A stretch of 64,000 nucleotides of DNA from an uncultured Nitrososphaeraceae archaeon (lineage in GTDB: Archaea; Thermoproteota; Nitrososphaeria; Nitrososphaerales; Nitrososphaeraceae): NCBI GenBank assembly GCA_963825865.1, contig CAWGVG010000015.1, positions 128,001 through 192,000 of the forward strand. The letters run 5' to 3'. Numbering within the stretch: position 1 is the first letter of the stretch; each line of letters opens with the position of its first letter. Below, in pieces: positions 46,540 to 59,920 of this stretch. Made by a program: the position numbers and the translations under genes. The notes below the pieces were generated by a model. That model did no database searches. It had not been told where the DNA came from and saw only the letters and a list, made by a program, of their open reading frames with translations.

Positions 46540-46968
46540 GTGGTCAAAGAGATGAAACAGAGGCAAAAAACAGCTCAAACAGAAGATTACAAACCTTGCC
46601 TAATATGTGAAAAACCTGGAATTGAAAAGCATAGTGAAGTATTGCCAGATAATAGCATACTAATAAAGGTGATTCATAATGATGGAAAAATATGCGAGTT
46701 TGTTGAATACCCATCAATAACTACTTTTTTCAATAGAAAGAAAAGAAGAGAAAGAGATCCAAAAATGATGGATTGTCCTCAATGTGGACAAGAGGGACGA
46801 ATTGGAACTTACAGGGGTAAACAATTTGACAAATGGAAATACTATATAGCTCATGAACAAATAGAAGGCTATTGGGGTAAAAACCATAAAATCAAAAAAT
46901 GCAGAAGATGCTACATAAAAACGCAAGATCAAATAAACCAGTATACTAAAGATATTGGGAAGATATAG
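46540..46968 (+). CDS. Hypothetical Zn-finger protein
   Basis: CLIC, H....C, CPQC..EGRI, H...RRCY. Confidence 0.55.
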   Translation: MVKEMKQRQKTAQTEDYKPCLICEKPGIEKHSEVLPDNSILIKVIHNDGKICEFVEYPSITTFFNRKKRRERDPKMMDCPQCGQEGRIGTYRGKQFDKWKYYIAHEQIEGYWGKNHKIKKCRRCYIKTQDQINQYTKDIGKI

Positions 46969-47656
46969 ATCATGACTCCAACCTCTGAAATGACATACTT
47001 AAACAAAGCAATTGAGAACTGCAATAAATATGATGGCTCGTTGTATCGCTTTGAGCTGACAAGGCAATATTATTTTTATCGTTGTGATAAATGTGATGCA
47101 GAGTTCTACTGGAATAAACACTAACATTTCTTTTATTTTACATTTACCAAATATTGTAACAGTTATGAGCTTATACACTCGAAGCTGAGAAATTTCTGTT
47201 TTTCAATACAGTTGATGTCAAAAGGCTTAATGATCGTCAATATGGAACATTAAGAGGTAGCGCACTTGATAAAGCAAAGAGGTTAGTCGATAGAGAAGGC
47301 GGGATCAACGTGAGCGGAGAGTATGGATCTATTGAGATCAACGAAAAGGACTTTATTCCGCTTTAGGCTATAACGTTCTTGAAATAGTTACTCAAAATTT
47401 ATCTGTTCGCTGGTGTGGATTATACAATCTCAAACCATATTTTTACTCGTGAATGCCTTTGTATGTGAGTTAGCGAATTAATGTTAGTTGGTATAGTTTG
47501 TGCATTGTCATTCTTTTTTTTATCATGAGTGTCACTGAGATGTCTTTAGCCACTATCGTTGACTTATCTATATTTGTGACCCTTGTTTAGACGTTACTAA
47601 TCTTGTTAGGTAAGGCTAACTTTTATAAGTAAGACTAGTTTTATTTACACAAGTTA

Positions 47657-48911
47657 ATGTTCCTCCCAAAGCATCTCTTAGCAAGAAAGGAGTCTATGCT
47701 TAGGCTTATCGTATACACGGGACCTGCCCTTCTGGTGAGTATGGCCTATATGGATCCTGGAAATTATGGCACGGATATTCAAGGAGGAGCATCCCTTAAC
47801 TACAGCTTGTTATGGGTTGTTTGGCTTTCAAGCGGCATGGCCATGCTACTTCAATACTTATCCGGAAAGATCGGAATTGCAACAGGGCTGTCACTGCCAG
47901 AAATAATCAGAGAAAAACTCAAAAAGAAAACTTATGTGATACCATACTGGTTAGCTGCAGAGGCAGCTGGAGCAGCAACCGACCTAGCCGAATATCTAGG
48001 TACTGTCATTGCGCTTAATTTACTGTTTGGAATACCAATGATCTACGCTGCTATATTTGGTGCCTTAGATGTAATTATAATTTTGATTTTGGCTACACAA
48101 GGCAGATTTCATATTATTGAGAGGCTGTTCGCAATATTTGTATCAATAATAGGTTTTGGGTACCTATATGAAATATTTATTGTAAAGCCAGATGCATCCA
48201 CAATTTTATACCATTCTTTCGTTCCCTCACTTGCTGGCAGCCATGCCATACTTCTCGCTGTAGGAGTTATTGGAGCTACTGTGATGCCTCATGCCCTTTT
48301 TGTCCATTCTTGGCTTACCAAAAACAAAGCTCAAAACAAGCCCTTGGAAGACAGAAGGAGAATGCGTAAACTTCACCTTGTGGAAAATGTTATTTTGCTG
48401 ACAATTGCAGGTATGGTTAATGCTCGCTATAATGATCATGGTGGCTGTCGCCTTTCATTCAGACAATCCTAATGTAGCTTCGATATCGGAGGCTTACAAA
48501 ACTCTTGTGCCTTTGTTTGGTGCAACAGCCGGAGTAGTCTTTCTAGTTACACTTCTCTCTTCAGGTATTGCATCATCGGTCGTCGGAACACTTGCCGGTC
48601 AGGCTATAATGGAAGGCCTGTTGGGAAAGAAAGTAAATCTTTGGCTCAGGCGATTTGTAACTCGCTTTATAAATGTTATTCCTACTACAATAGCAATACT
48701 TTTAGGTCTTGATCCGCTTAATATTCTGGTTTACAGTCAAGTTATACTAAGTCTTATGATACCACTTCCCATGATCCCGCTTGTAATTCTTACTAGGAAC
48801 AAAGCATTAATGGGTGAATTCGTTAACAGGAATGTCACGTCATTTCTCGCTATTATCTTTGTGGTAATCATACTTATGTTCAACTCTTATTTGATAGTAA
48901 ATATAAAATAA
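47657..48911 (+). CDS. mntH: Nramp-family Mn2+/Fe2+ transporter (one frameshift)
   Basis: AYMDPGN, GATVMPH, GTLAGQAIMEG, SQVILS. Confidence 0.95.
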
Positions 48912-48949
48912 AAACAGGTAACAATATGGTAGCAGATAACGCACCTAAA

Positions 48950-49030
48950 ACAGAAGTATATAGTAGGACGACCCCGAAAATCACTTAATGACACTGACTG
49001 TTCTGGCGTGGTATTAAGATCAAATATGCT
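48950..49030 (-). pseudogene. Peroxiredoxin/redoxin N-terminal fragment
   Basis: FDLNTTPEQSVSLSDFRGRPTI. Confidence 0.45.
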
Positions 49031-49446
49031 GATTTTTGTTCTTGTTGTCCAAATGCTAATTCCGCCATAATTGTCAAACATCTAGTAGATTTAATAGTAT
49101 ATATACATCGTATTTGTTAGTCTTGTACTCAGACTATGGCAACAAGATTTGTGGCATGTGCATGCCAAGTTTTTTAAAAGGTTCAGCTGTTGCATATAGC
49201 TAATGACACAGAAAAAGTATACAGTATAACACTTCAAACTTCTAATACTATATAAAAAAAGATATGTTTGTGTGAAATCAAATTGCTCAGTTATCTGATT
49301 AAGATTTAAGACAATTTCGATTATTATAACGGAATTATACTGCTCCATCTCATAGAGTTGATGTTGTATAGTTAGTAAAATATGGTAATCTAATATACAA
49401 GAAGTAACTTTCATGTTTATATATAATTACCACGTTATAGTTACTT

Positions 49447-50485
49447 ATGAGAAAATATCTAAATTTAATTTCTGAGTTGAACGATGATAATGGTGATTAC
49501 AAAAACGAGAAAAAATACTCAAACTCGCAAATACGAAGTTTTATGGCTGATTCGAACCAAATAGTATGCTCTATATGCAAAAGTAATCAAACAATCACAG
49601 ATACTGAATCTGGCGAGATTATATGTAGTAAATGTGGCCAAGTCATTTCAGACAAGATTCAAGAAATACATCCTGAATGGCGGAATTTTGCGTTATCAGA
49701 GGGGTCCAATGATAAAAGCAGAATAGGTATGTCAACATCCTTAGCACGACATGATATGGGACTATCAACAATAATCGGAAGAACTGACAGAGACGCTAGT
49801 GGCCAAAAAATAGATGCAGTGATGCGCTCTACAATGGAGAGATTGAGGACATGGGATACTAGAACACAAACTCATACTCCTGCTGATAGAAGTCTAAAAC
49901 AAGCCTTTTTTCAACTTGATATATTAAAAGATAAACTTGGACTATCAGATACAGTAGTTGAGAAAACGGCTTATATCTACAGAAAGACTCAGGAAAGACA
50001 ATTGGTACGAGGTAGGACAATTTCTGGAATTCTGGCTGCTCGCAGTATATATTGCATGTAGAGAGTTGGGAACTCCAAGAACGCTAAAAGATATAGTCCT
50101 GCGTATAGTAACGTTAAGCTCAAAGAAGTTGCTAGAAGCTATAGACTGCTGTACTTTGAACTTAACCTTAAAATTCCTATAGTTAACCCCATGAAATGCA
50201 TTGCAAGAGTGGCAAACAAAGCTAACCTGAGTGAGAAGACTAAACGACAAGCGGCAGAGATTATGAACAACATTACTAAAAGGGAGCTATCTGCTGGAAA
50301 AGATCCAATGGGTCTTGCTCGGATCTGTACTTTATCTAGCATCTTTGAATACAGGAGAGAATATAACTTAGACTGATATTGCAGATGCTGTGAGAGTAAC
50401 AGAAGTGACTATTAGAAATAGAGTAAAAGAGCTAAAGAAACAAGTATTTAAGAAGGATAAAGTTCAAAATAATTTTACCAATTAG
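49447..50485 (+). CDS. tfb: Transcription initiation factor IIB (frameshifted; start may be 49543)
   Basis: CSIC..ITDTESGEIICSKCGQV, PEWR, HDMGLST.I, RLRTWD, LVRGR, PRTLKD, GKDPMGLA, VTEVTIRNR. Confidence 0.92.
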
Positions 50486-50730
50486 GATAATACATTAAGC
50501 GACCAAAGACGGCAAAGGTGTACCTAGATCTGAATGGTGTGAGAAATTTGCGTAACTACTTTTTTTGGATCAAGTCGAAAAATAAGTTTCTCTAGAAGAG
50601 ACATCTATATTTAGTTCTACTAATTTTATACAACTCTTTTAAAGAATTCTAAATACATAACAAACGAATAGTTATAGAAATCATAAGCTTTATGAAATGA
50701 ATAAACAATTCTTCAAGTTAGAAGAGATTT

Positions 50731-50973
50731 TTGGTTATGGAAACAGTATTAGACTGGAATGAAATAATAAGATCAAAGAAAAAAGTAAAAGCTAGAGATA
50801 AGATTCCGTGTGGAAATGTAATTGCAGAATACAAAGATAGCATAATAGTGTTAGACGGAGAAGAAATCTTTTCTCATGAGTATATTATTCCAAAATCTAA
50901 GGTAGATAATTGTAATGGAGGAGAGCTTTACCTTACTATACCTTATAGTATGTTATTAAATTTTGACTTTTGA
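50731..50973 (+). CDS. Hypothetical protein (PRC-barrel-like)
   Basis: LDW....K.V...D....G.V....D......HEY.IPKSKV. Confidence 0.55.
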   Translation: MVMETVLDWNEIIRSKKKVKARDKIPCGNVIAEYKDSIIVLDGEEIFSHEYIIPKSKVDNCNGGELYLTIPYSMLLNFDF

Positions 50974-51041
50974 ATTACTAACCTAATAAAGAATGGTTTT
51001 GTATTCATTTAGGAAATGCAAACATCATCTTTCTTGTACCT

Positions 51042-52210
51042 TAAGTCAAGTGTCATAACTAATGTCGTCATACCATCTTCCAAATCGTTTGTCCAAATAT
51101 TCTGATACTGCAGCTTTCTGGTCTTCCATATGTTCATAGAATCTATTCGCACATACATCTGACTTTATTTGCTGGTTTACTTTCCTTTCATTCGGATTTA
51201 GGTATGGTGCTTTCTTTGGAAGGTGGATTATGGTCAGCCCAGTCTTCTTTCTCTGTGCATTGATATAATTCCGTACCATTAGGCTTACATGATATGAAGC
51301 GTTATCCCATATGAGTACCAGTCTTTTCCACCAATCATTTTTCATAATGTTTGTCTTGAGATTCTCTAGATGGTCGATAGTATTCGTAGAATCCATTTTA
51401 TCATAGAAATCATACGTCATTAATTTCTCTTCAGGCCATACCATGGATATGTATGCAGAGAACTTCTTTCTACTACCAGTATGTTCTATCCTTTGTTGCT
51501 CACCTTCAAAACTCATGGATTTTCGAATACAAGGTTTCTGTGTTATAATAGTCTCATCTTCAAATGCTACTACAACTCCCTTTTTTTCAGAGCTGAAGCT
51601 ATCTGTTTGTAGTTTTGCACTTTCTCTTTTCCCTCTTCATAATCCTCTCCTCCATGTAGCAATTCCAGTTTTGGCCTTTTGCACCTAACTCCTAAATCTT
51701 TTGTTATTCGCTCCATGTGCTTGAAACTGATTGGGATTCCTAGCTCATTTGTCAGACAGTTTGCAAGTAATCTCAGACTCCATGTATTTCTAAGATAACC
51801 AAAGATGTGCGGGTCGTTAAATAATGCTGATAGAATAATCTCTCTGTTTTCATCTGTTATGCCAGATTTTGTTCCGCCAGGTTTCTTCATCTTTATTCTA
51901 TCTATCCCACTTTGGATATAGGCAGCAACCCATCTCTGTACAGACCTGCTGCCTGACTCCGTGTTCATTTGCTATGTCTTCGTAAGTTCTACCTTCAGCT
52001 TTTTGGAGTATAGCCAGTAGCCTGCGGTATTCTTTTTTGTTACCCGTATTCTTCATAAATGACTTTAATTTGTTCCTCTGTCCTATGGTAAGTTTGAGTT
52101 TGAAAGGATGATTCACAGAATGAAAATATCTCATTTACTAAGCTTTAACTATTTCCAAATCTAGGTTATGTAATGAACAAATAACGACATAAACTCAGAC
52201 ACTTCACTTA
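51042..52210 (-). mobile_element. IS630-family element (transposase 51046-52134, frameshifted)
   Basis: HTH (RTYEDIA..VQRWV), AFEDET, LIWDNASYH, LPKKAPYLNPNE; ends TAAGTCAAGTGTC / GACACTTCACTTA are inverted repeats bounded by TA. Confidence 0.9.
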
Positions 52211-52213
52211 GCC

Positions 52214-52540
52214 TTAAGGTGTTATAGTTACGGAAGTGCATTGGTTCAGCAATTGAGTAACTAAGTTTGCTACGTCCACCACTTGTTGTGAAGATACAAA
52301 GCAGGTGCCTGTTTGTAGATTGCTGTTTATCAGAATTGTTTGTGGTATATTGTTTCTGTCATGAACTACTACTGTTTTGTGGATAACCCTTACGTTATTA
52401 TGGTCATCATCATGATGGCGTTTGTGATCACATGCTCCTGGATGTAACTTCCAGAAACCGCCATCGCCGCACTTACCTTTGCCCTGAGGACAACCACCAT
52501 CACCTATTTTATGACAGTCTTCACCATCACAGCACTGCTC
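52214..52540 (-). pseudogene. C-terminal fragment of a Cys/His-rich protein
   Basis: Open frame EQCCDGEDCHKIGDGGCPQGKGKCG..CDHKRHHDDDH..LLNQCTSVTITP*; no start codon at the 5' end. Confidence 0.45.
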
Positions 52541-52783
52541 TTAAGCTACTTTTTCATCATCTCTGGATGGGTAGGATATAGTAAGTCTATAAGCAAACGT
52601 CTTCATAGGGAAAATCGACTTGGCAATTTGAGATTTGTGGTTGATTTAGTTATACTGTATCTTGCTTTCTATCTGCTTAACCTAACCGATCCTCTGAAAT
52701 TTAAATCGTTTAGCTCTATATTCACTGACTTCCTTTTTGCATTTCCTCGTGCTGTAGGCTGGCAGTTAATACAGCCTTCCTAA
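52541..52783 (+). pseudogene. Membrane protein fragment
   Basis: YFFIISGWVGYSKSI..RFVVDLVILYL; abrupt ends. Confidence 0.4.
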
Positions 52784-52846
52784 GATTTTCCTTCTCCGCA
52801 TATGTTAATTTGCCCATATTGAAAACATTCACCTAACTGATGTTAT

Positions 52847-53845
52847 TGCTCTGTTGCATAATTCATTAGGATTTTAGGTTATGCAAACCGTTAGCTAGGT
52901 CATTCGATTGAACATGTTATACAGAGCTGCCTTTAGGAGGATCTCTTTTACCATGTGAGGAAACTTTCTAGCTGTTACATGTTCACCAAATGTTCTTTTA
53001 ATGGAAGAGAATGCTGTTTCTGCTATCCACCTGTACCCATAGCTCACGCTACGCTTCCATTTTTTGAGGTTTGCTTGTTGTCTTACTACAGACATATTCC
53101 TAGCATAACAGTTAGTTGACTTGACCTTGGAATTACTTCTTGTCTTTATACCAGGCTTAATGTGGTTCTTTGATAGGTATCTAAAATTCTTATTGCTGTC
53201 GTACATACCATCTGCTAATATACCCTTCAGATTATTATTTTCAGAAGCATTGTCTACTAACTTCTTTAGCATCTTACCATCATGTACCTCTTCACTTGTT
53301 ACCTCCAGAGATACAATTCTTTTCTTCTCGATATCAACTGCTATGTGTATCTTTAGATATCCTTTTCTGACATGCCATTTGTGGTGCATCCATTCCCCTC
53401 GATTAGCTACCTTAATGCCGGTGCTGTCTAAAGCAATGACAATATCATTTCCTAATTTTTCATCGATTTTAATCTCTAGCCTGTTTATACGTCTATTAAT
53501 GGTACTATAATGTGGTGTGTTTGATACTTCTTTACTTGCATGAGCTATGACTACACCCTGTGTTTGTCTATATGGTAGATGGAAATATGCTCTCATGTAA
53601 CCTAGAAGCTGAATAAATGAATTTGGGTAGCAGTAGGGCTCACCAACCTTACCAAGGTTCATTTGACATAATTCATGATCCCATCCATCAAGTACATCAA
53701 AATCCAAGAGTACTTGACCACGCCTAACTAGTGATTCATTATAGCAAGGCCAGTCAACCATACCAGAATAATTAATACTAGCAAGCTAAATGGTGAGTGG
53801 TCAAATAAGTATCACTTACAAGATAATTAATCATGCAACAAAGCA
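52847..53845 (-). mobile_element. Intact IS5-family element (288-aa transposase 52895-53761)
   Basis: W..YNESLVRRG, IALDSTG, KIHIAVD, ADGMYD, GY..RWIAETAFSSIKR; TIRs TGCTCTGTTGCATAATT / TGCTTTGTTGCATGATT; 8-bp target duplication GATGTTAT at 52839-52846 and 53846-53853. Confidence 0.95.
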
Positions 53846-53931
53846 GATGTTATTATTATATTATTATATGGTGAATTATCGGCCTAAATTGGACTTCCTT
53901 TACGTCTAGGAGTTGCTATTTTTTGAGAAGC

Positions 53932-56764
53932 TTACAAGTTAACAGATTCTTGTTTATTAGCATAACCAGAAATTTTCTCATTGAGAAGATTGTAATGCTG
54001 CTCACTTATCTTTCCTTTTGCATATGCATCTGTTACATCATTTTTTATCTTATTCAGCAGTATTACGTTACTTCTATTATCCAATTTACTATTCAGTGAA
54101 TCAATTCTTTTATCATAAATATCTTCATAGAGCATTGAGATCTCATTTTTCAAGTTTGCGTATTGCTGCTCACTTATCTTTCCCTTTGCATATGTGTCTG
54201 CTATATTGGTCTTTAATTTGTCTAAAGGTTCGATATCATTTTCATCTAATTTGCCATCGTTAAACAGGGAACTAATAGTTTTATGATATTGATGTACCTC
54301 TTCCTCCCTGTCTTTTTGCTTTTATCCATCCTATAATACTTGGTATAGACCAACCAACTATAGAACTAACAAGAATACCGTATAACGGAATCCAATATTG
54401 TGGCGGTACTGGCGAAGGAAGCTCTTTGAAGTTAGCAGTAAAATTACCAAATTGGGTAACAGTTGAAATTTGCTGACGTATCTTTTGGGCCAATACCCAA
54501 AGGTACTTAAAAGGGAATTTAATGGATCTGAAACTGTAGATGTTGATATAGTTTTGGTCGATTTTTGTCCCAAATTTTCAATCCAACTACTAAACTGAAA
54601 TCCTTTGTTAGGCTCAGCTACACATTGAGTGCCAAAGTCAATATACTGCTTTGAAGATGATTCTCGGTTATTACATTTTATATGTCCTGAGTCAGATGGG
54701 CTAATATTAAATATAATTCCTGCTACGACATTATTGCTATCACCATCGATCACCGAGACAATATTAGAGAATATATCAATTACATATATTTTATTTGTAT
54801 TTGGGTTAACAGCTATAGCCCAAGGCTGGGATCCTGCTACTTTAACTTGTGTAACATTCTTACTATCACCATCAATCACAGAGACGATATTAGAACTCCC
54901 ATAAGCTACGTATATTTTATTTCTGTTTTCATTAACAGCAATAGCTGATGGAGCTTTATGTTCAAATAAAATTGTGTCTATGATATTTTCGTTAGAGTAT
55001 CCAACTGTGTGGTCATCTATTACATCGACACTACCAATCAATCTACGAAATGTGGGTATATACACAAGATCCGTTTTATCATTAACAGCGATTTGCGAAG
55101 GAAATAATCCCACTTTAACTTGTGTAACGTTATTAGTATTGCCATCAATTACAGAGACAGTATTAGAACGTGAATAAGGCACGTATATTTTATTTGTACC
55201 TGGATTAATAGATATGTGTGGAATACTTGCCATACCTGTTTGTGTACCAAATCCCACTTTAACTTGTGTAACATTCTTAGTTCTTGCATCAATTACGGAA
55301 ACAATATTAGAACCTCCACTGCCTAGGTATATTTTATTTGTATTTGGATTAACAGCGATAGCTCTTGGATTAAATCCTGGATCAAATCCCACTTTAACTT
55401 GTGTAACGTTATTAGTATTGCCATCAATTACAGAGACAGTATTAGAACCTGCATTAGCTACATATATTTGATTTATATTTGGGTTAACAGCGATAGCGAA
55501 AGGATAAGTTCCAACTTTAACTTTAGTGAATTCTATGTTGGTATCGCCATCAATCACAGAGGTAGTATTAGAAAAGGCATTAGCTACGTATATTTTATTT
55601 GTATCTGGATTAACAGCTATGGCTAAAGGATAACCTCCTACTTTAACTTGTGTAACGTTATTAGGAGTACCATCGATTACAGAGACAGTATTAGAACGTG
55701 CATTAGCTACGTATATTTTATTTGTATCTGGATTAACAGCTATGGCTAAAGGAGCGTTACCCACCTTAATGGCAGGTGTATCAACTGATCCATTATTTGT
55801 ATTTGCATCAATTACAGAGACAGTACCAGAAAGGTTACTGGCTACGTATATTTTATTTGTAGTTGGATTAACAGCTATGTATAAATTACCAAATCCGGCG
55901 TTATCTGTGTTTATTTGTGTTACTACTTTCTTTGTCACTACCATCAATTACAGAGACAGCAGTAGAATTCACATTAGTTACGTATATTTTATTTGTAGTT
56001 GGATTAACAGCTATCTGTCGAGCAGAAAATGTGATGGCGGATACAACATCTAGCTTATTTGTACTACCATCTATTAAATAAAGCCTGTGTAGTTGGTTTG
56101 ATGCTACGTATATTTTATTTGTATCTGGATTAACTGCTATGGCTGAAGGATCAAACCCTATTGGAACTTGTGTAACGTTATTAGTATTGCCATCAATTAC
56201 AGAGACAGTATTAGAACCTGCATTAGCTACGTATATTTTATTTGTAATTGGATTAACAGCTAAGGCTAAAGGATCAAACCCTATTGGAACTTGTGTAACG
56301 TTATTAGTATTACCATCAATTACAGAGACAGTATTAGAACCTGCATTAGCTACGTATATTTTATTTGTACTTGGATTAACAGCTAAGGCTAAAGGATCAA
56401 ACCCTATTGGAACTTGTGTAACGTTATTAGTATTACCATCAATTACAGAGACAGCACTAGAGTTCACATAAGCTACGTATATTTTATTTGTAATTGGATT
56501 AACAGCTAAGGCTAAAGGATAAGTCCCAACTTTAACTTTAGCTAGTTCTTTACAGGCATCACCATCAATCACAGAGGTAGTATTGGAATAGGCATTAGCT
56601 ACGTATATTTTATTTGTACCTGGATTAACAGCTATATATCCTCCAAAGCTACTTAGGGGAATTACACATGAATTTGGTCTATTTGAAACAGTATCTAATA
56701 CTTGACCATCTATTGGATTTTGTGGTAAAATTATCGCAGAAGCTAATAATACAATGCCTGACAA
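53932..56764 (-). CDS. YVTN/YncE-type multi-propeller surface protein with C-terminal TM and cytoplasmic helical repeat (frameshifted)
   Basis: About 15 P.A.AVNP.TNKIYVAN..SNTVSVIDG.TN repeats; PNKGFQFSSW; WIPLYGILVSSIVGWSIP TM; duplicated AKGKISEQ.Y. Confidence 0.85.
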
Positions 56765-57923
56765 TATTAGAAGTAAGCATTTTCTTTGAACTTTACTGAT
56801 TTTTAATTGTCTGTGACACTGAAATATATAGCAATAGTATGCATTCTAGGGATAAAATCCTATCGCAATTAACTGTTAATTACTGAAATCCTTGAATTGC
56901 CAGGCCGAGTCTTCTTTACCTTCAAGCATAGTGCGCATATAGATCCATTTTCGGATTGGACAAGATAAAGTTACTATTATTAAAGTTTGGGCTGAAAATT
57001 GTGTATTGCGTATTCCTTTTAAGGCTGAGCATAAAATGGCGTAATTGGTGGTACCTTTTTTGACCTCAATTGGTTTTAAGTGGTACACGCACCTGATTTA
57101 AGGTGATAAGATTTGTTGCCAGTTTCCGTTTGAACTACTATCGTAGATTTTTTGTAGTTATAAGAGTTTACAAAAAAAATGGCAAAAATTAGCCGGAAAC
57201 CAACTGTTTTCTTTTCACATTTTCAGGAAAATTCTGTTATCACTTCTTAGAAGGTTCTTATCACCACTATCATGTCTGGTGATAAAAATGTCCTTCAAAT
57301 GACAAGGGTGTGGACTTATTTTCGCTACGAGTGGTTCCGCTGGATGAGTTTATAGTAAGTTCAGAATTTCAAAATATTGGATTAGCATCAGATAATCCCC
57401 TGTCGTTATAGCTTTTCTGGGCTATCTATTTAATGGCTCTACAAGTCCAGTAAGTGAGCCGCTTCAGACTTGTAGATCAACCTTGAACTTGTTTGCTTTC
57501 TCTATTTTTTAATAAAACAATTAAATTGTTTTTTATAAATGCTTTTTTCAGATTTTATAAGGAGAGGAGTCTCATATTGCCGGCTCATAATTTGAGAGAC
57601 GTGACGCAATTGATGATGGACCCCCTGCTCTATTGTTACTAGAAGTGTTGCATACTGCTACTTCTGGATTACAGTATCGGGTATCTGGGAGTGACCTTAA
57701 TGCAGGTGTTGCTGCCCAGTAGTCCAAGTCCAACTCTTGTGTTAGATCTTGTGAACTTGAATCATTTTCTAAGACTATCCAATGTTATGAATGTATACAT
57801 GTTATTCTATATTCTTTCAGACATGAACAAAGTTATTCCATTTAAGCTATAGTTCTACCTAAGTGAACAGAGGGAATTACTACTCAAAGTATTTAAACAC
57901 AGGTATATCTAAATCAATTATTC

Positions 57924-59268
57924 ATGCACAATTTTGATAGTAAAAATATAATTCCTTTATACATTATTGTTATCATAGTGGTTTCTAGCAACTATTGCAA
58001 TATTTATGGTCAGTTAAATTCGACTGACAAAGACATACAATCACTTAAGCAAAATATTACAACGATATATAAAAATATAAATTCTATAAACGGGAACATA
58101 TCAACACTAACTAAAAGTATCAATAGCAATTTCAATAATAATACAGGTGCTATCAGCACCCCTGTTGGAAATATAACTAATCTTTTTGGAGGTATCGGTC
58201 CATGGATTCCAATAATTTTTCTAGCAATAGTCGCTATGACTATGATCATACCATTGGTAATTGATATCATCATGGCATACAGAAGAAATTCAAAAGGAGA
58301 CAAAGGAGACATGAGGCAGCCAGCTGTCGGAATGGAAGGATTGTATAGGACTTTGATGACCTTTGGGGTCATGTTATTAGCTGGTATAGTACTACTATAC
58401 CTTCTCTTATTGATCACCGTCTACAACAATACTGCTCTCATCGAGACATTAAGAAATCTTTCGACCATATTAGGAACTGGACTGGCAACAATAATCGCCT
58501 TCTATTTCGGAACAAGAGGAACTGAAAGTGCAGTTGAGAAAGCCGCAAAAAGAACAGCTCCACCAGGAACAATAGGAGATTTATCCATTCCTTCTGTAAT
58601 AAAGACAAAGCCAATTCATGGAGCTAAAAGTGTTCCTGTAAAAACAGATATTTACGCTAAATTTAGCGAGCCGATGGACATTACTTCTATCAATAAAGGT
58701 ACTTTTAATATTGTAGATTCAAAGAATAACGTTGTTGATGGTGAAGTCAGTTTTATTGAAAATAATACAAAGGCATTATTTAAAATAACCAATGAAAGTC
58801 AAAGTTTAGATCCCGGTACTGACTATACAGCTACTATCGAGTCAGAAGTGACAGATGTAGAAGGCAATCCTATGTATGAGGATAAAGTTTGGACCTTTAC
58901 AACTAAAGAAGAAGAACCGCCAGTTCCTGCAGACAAAAAACCAACCATACAAGAGGCGTCAAAAAATCCTTCAGCAGGTCAAATAGATGTTGATTTAAAA
59001 CCGACAGAAATTTCTTTTGCATTTGACAACGATATGGATAAAAGTCACTATTACATCTACAAATGTTCAGTTTTTAGAAAACGGTATTGTATTAGCACAA
59101 CCACCAGAGGTTAAGTTCGATGAAGTGAGTAAGAGAAAAGTTACCATAGATCCCAAAAAAACCCTTCTTCCAAAGACACAATATATGATTAAGGTCAGCC
59201 CAAGCGTAAAAGATACAAATGGAAAATCATTAGAAAGCGAGCAAAGTTGGAGCTTTACCACTAAATAG
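57924..59268 (+). CDS. Membrane protein: signal anchor, coiled coil, 3 TM helices, two Big_5/SbsA-like Ig domains (one frameshift)
   Basis: TM segments ending IIAFYFG; P..GA..VPV.T.I.A.FSEPMD..SI...L.PGT.YTATI...VTD..GN....VWTFTT, repeated. Confidence 0.75.
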
Positions 59269-59591
59269 AGAGACACCAATTCACGAGCAATTTTGACATT
59301 TGAAGCTTCTCGATGAGTTTCATCAGTTTGATATTTAGAATCATTCATCTTTGCAGTTAAACATGATTCAGTCCAAGCAGAAGACAAAACGGTGATGGCC
59401 CATATCCATATCTCTGTACTGTGAGTTGGAGAGGTTCCAAGAGTTGGATATTGATTATTTTTATCTCTTAATCTATCTTTGTTGCGAAGGACATTTTTAA
59501 TATCTTCAGCCATCTGAAGAGAACATCCTACTTCTTCAAATCTTACCAAATGTTTTGAAATATCAATTTTATCGGACTCCATAAATAGATT

Positions 59592-59920
59592 TTATTTGTT
59601 TTCTAGCTCTGTTCGATTGACCATACTTTCAACAATCATTTTGTTATGCATATAGACAAACAAATTCAGCCAACTCATTACATATTCTAATTTGTAGCTA
59701 TATTTTCTGCAAGGAAAATAATCATCAAAGCTTTCTGTTCTATCTTTTATATTGAATAGTTCTTTCGATGATGCTATTCTCAAAAGTAGAATGCAGATGA
59801 TGTTCCAATTTTAAGAATTTACAAATCTGCGGATAGGAGGTACCTCCATCTGTGGATATAGACTGCTTACCATATTTTGTCGATAGTTCATGAATAAATC
59901 GTTCAGCTACAAGCATGCCT
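59592..59920 (-). mobile_element. C-terminal remnant of an IS6-like DDE transposase
   Basis: MLVAERF..KYGK..ISTDGGT.YPQ.C.FL.LEHH.H...SIIERTIQ.IKDRTESFDDYFPC. Confidence 0.7.

Noticed and set aside
7423-56471. Many antisense ORFs over repeat genes (e.g. 7423-7836, 13394-13918, 31817-32284, 53121-53510, 56139-56471)
   Set aside because: Shadow frames of well-supported genes on the opposite strand.
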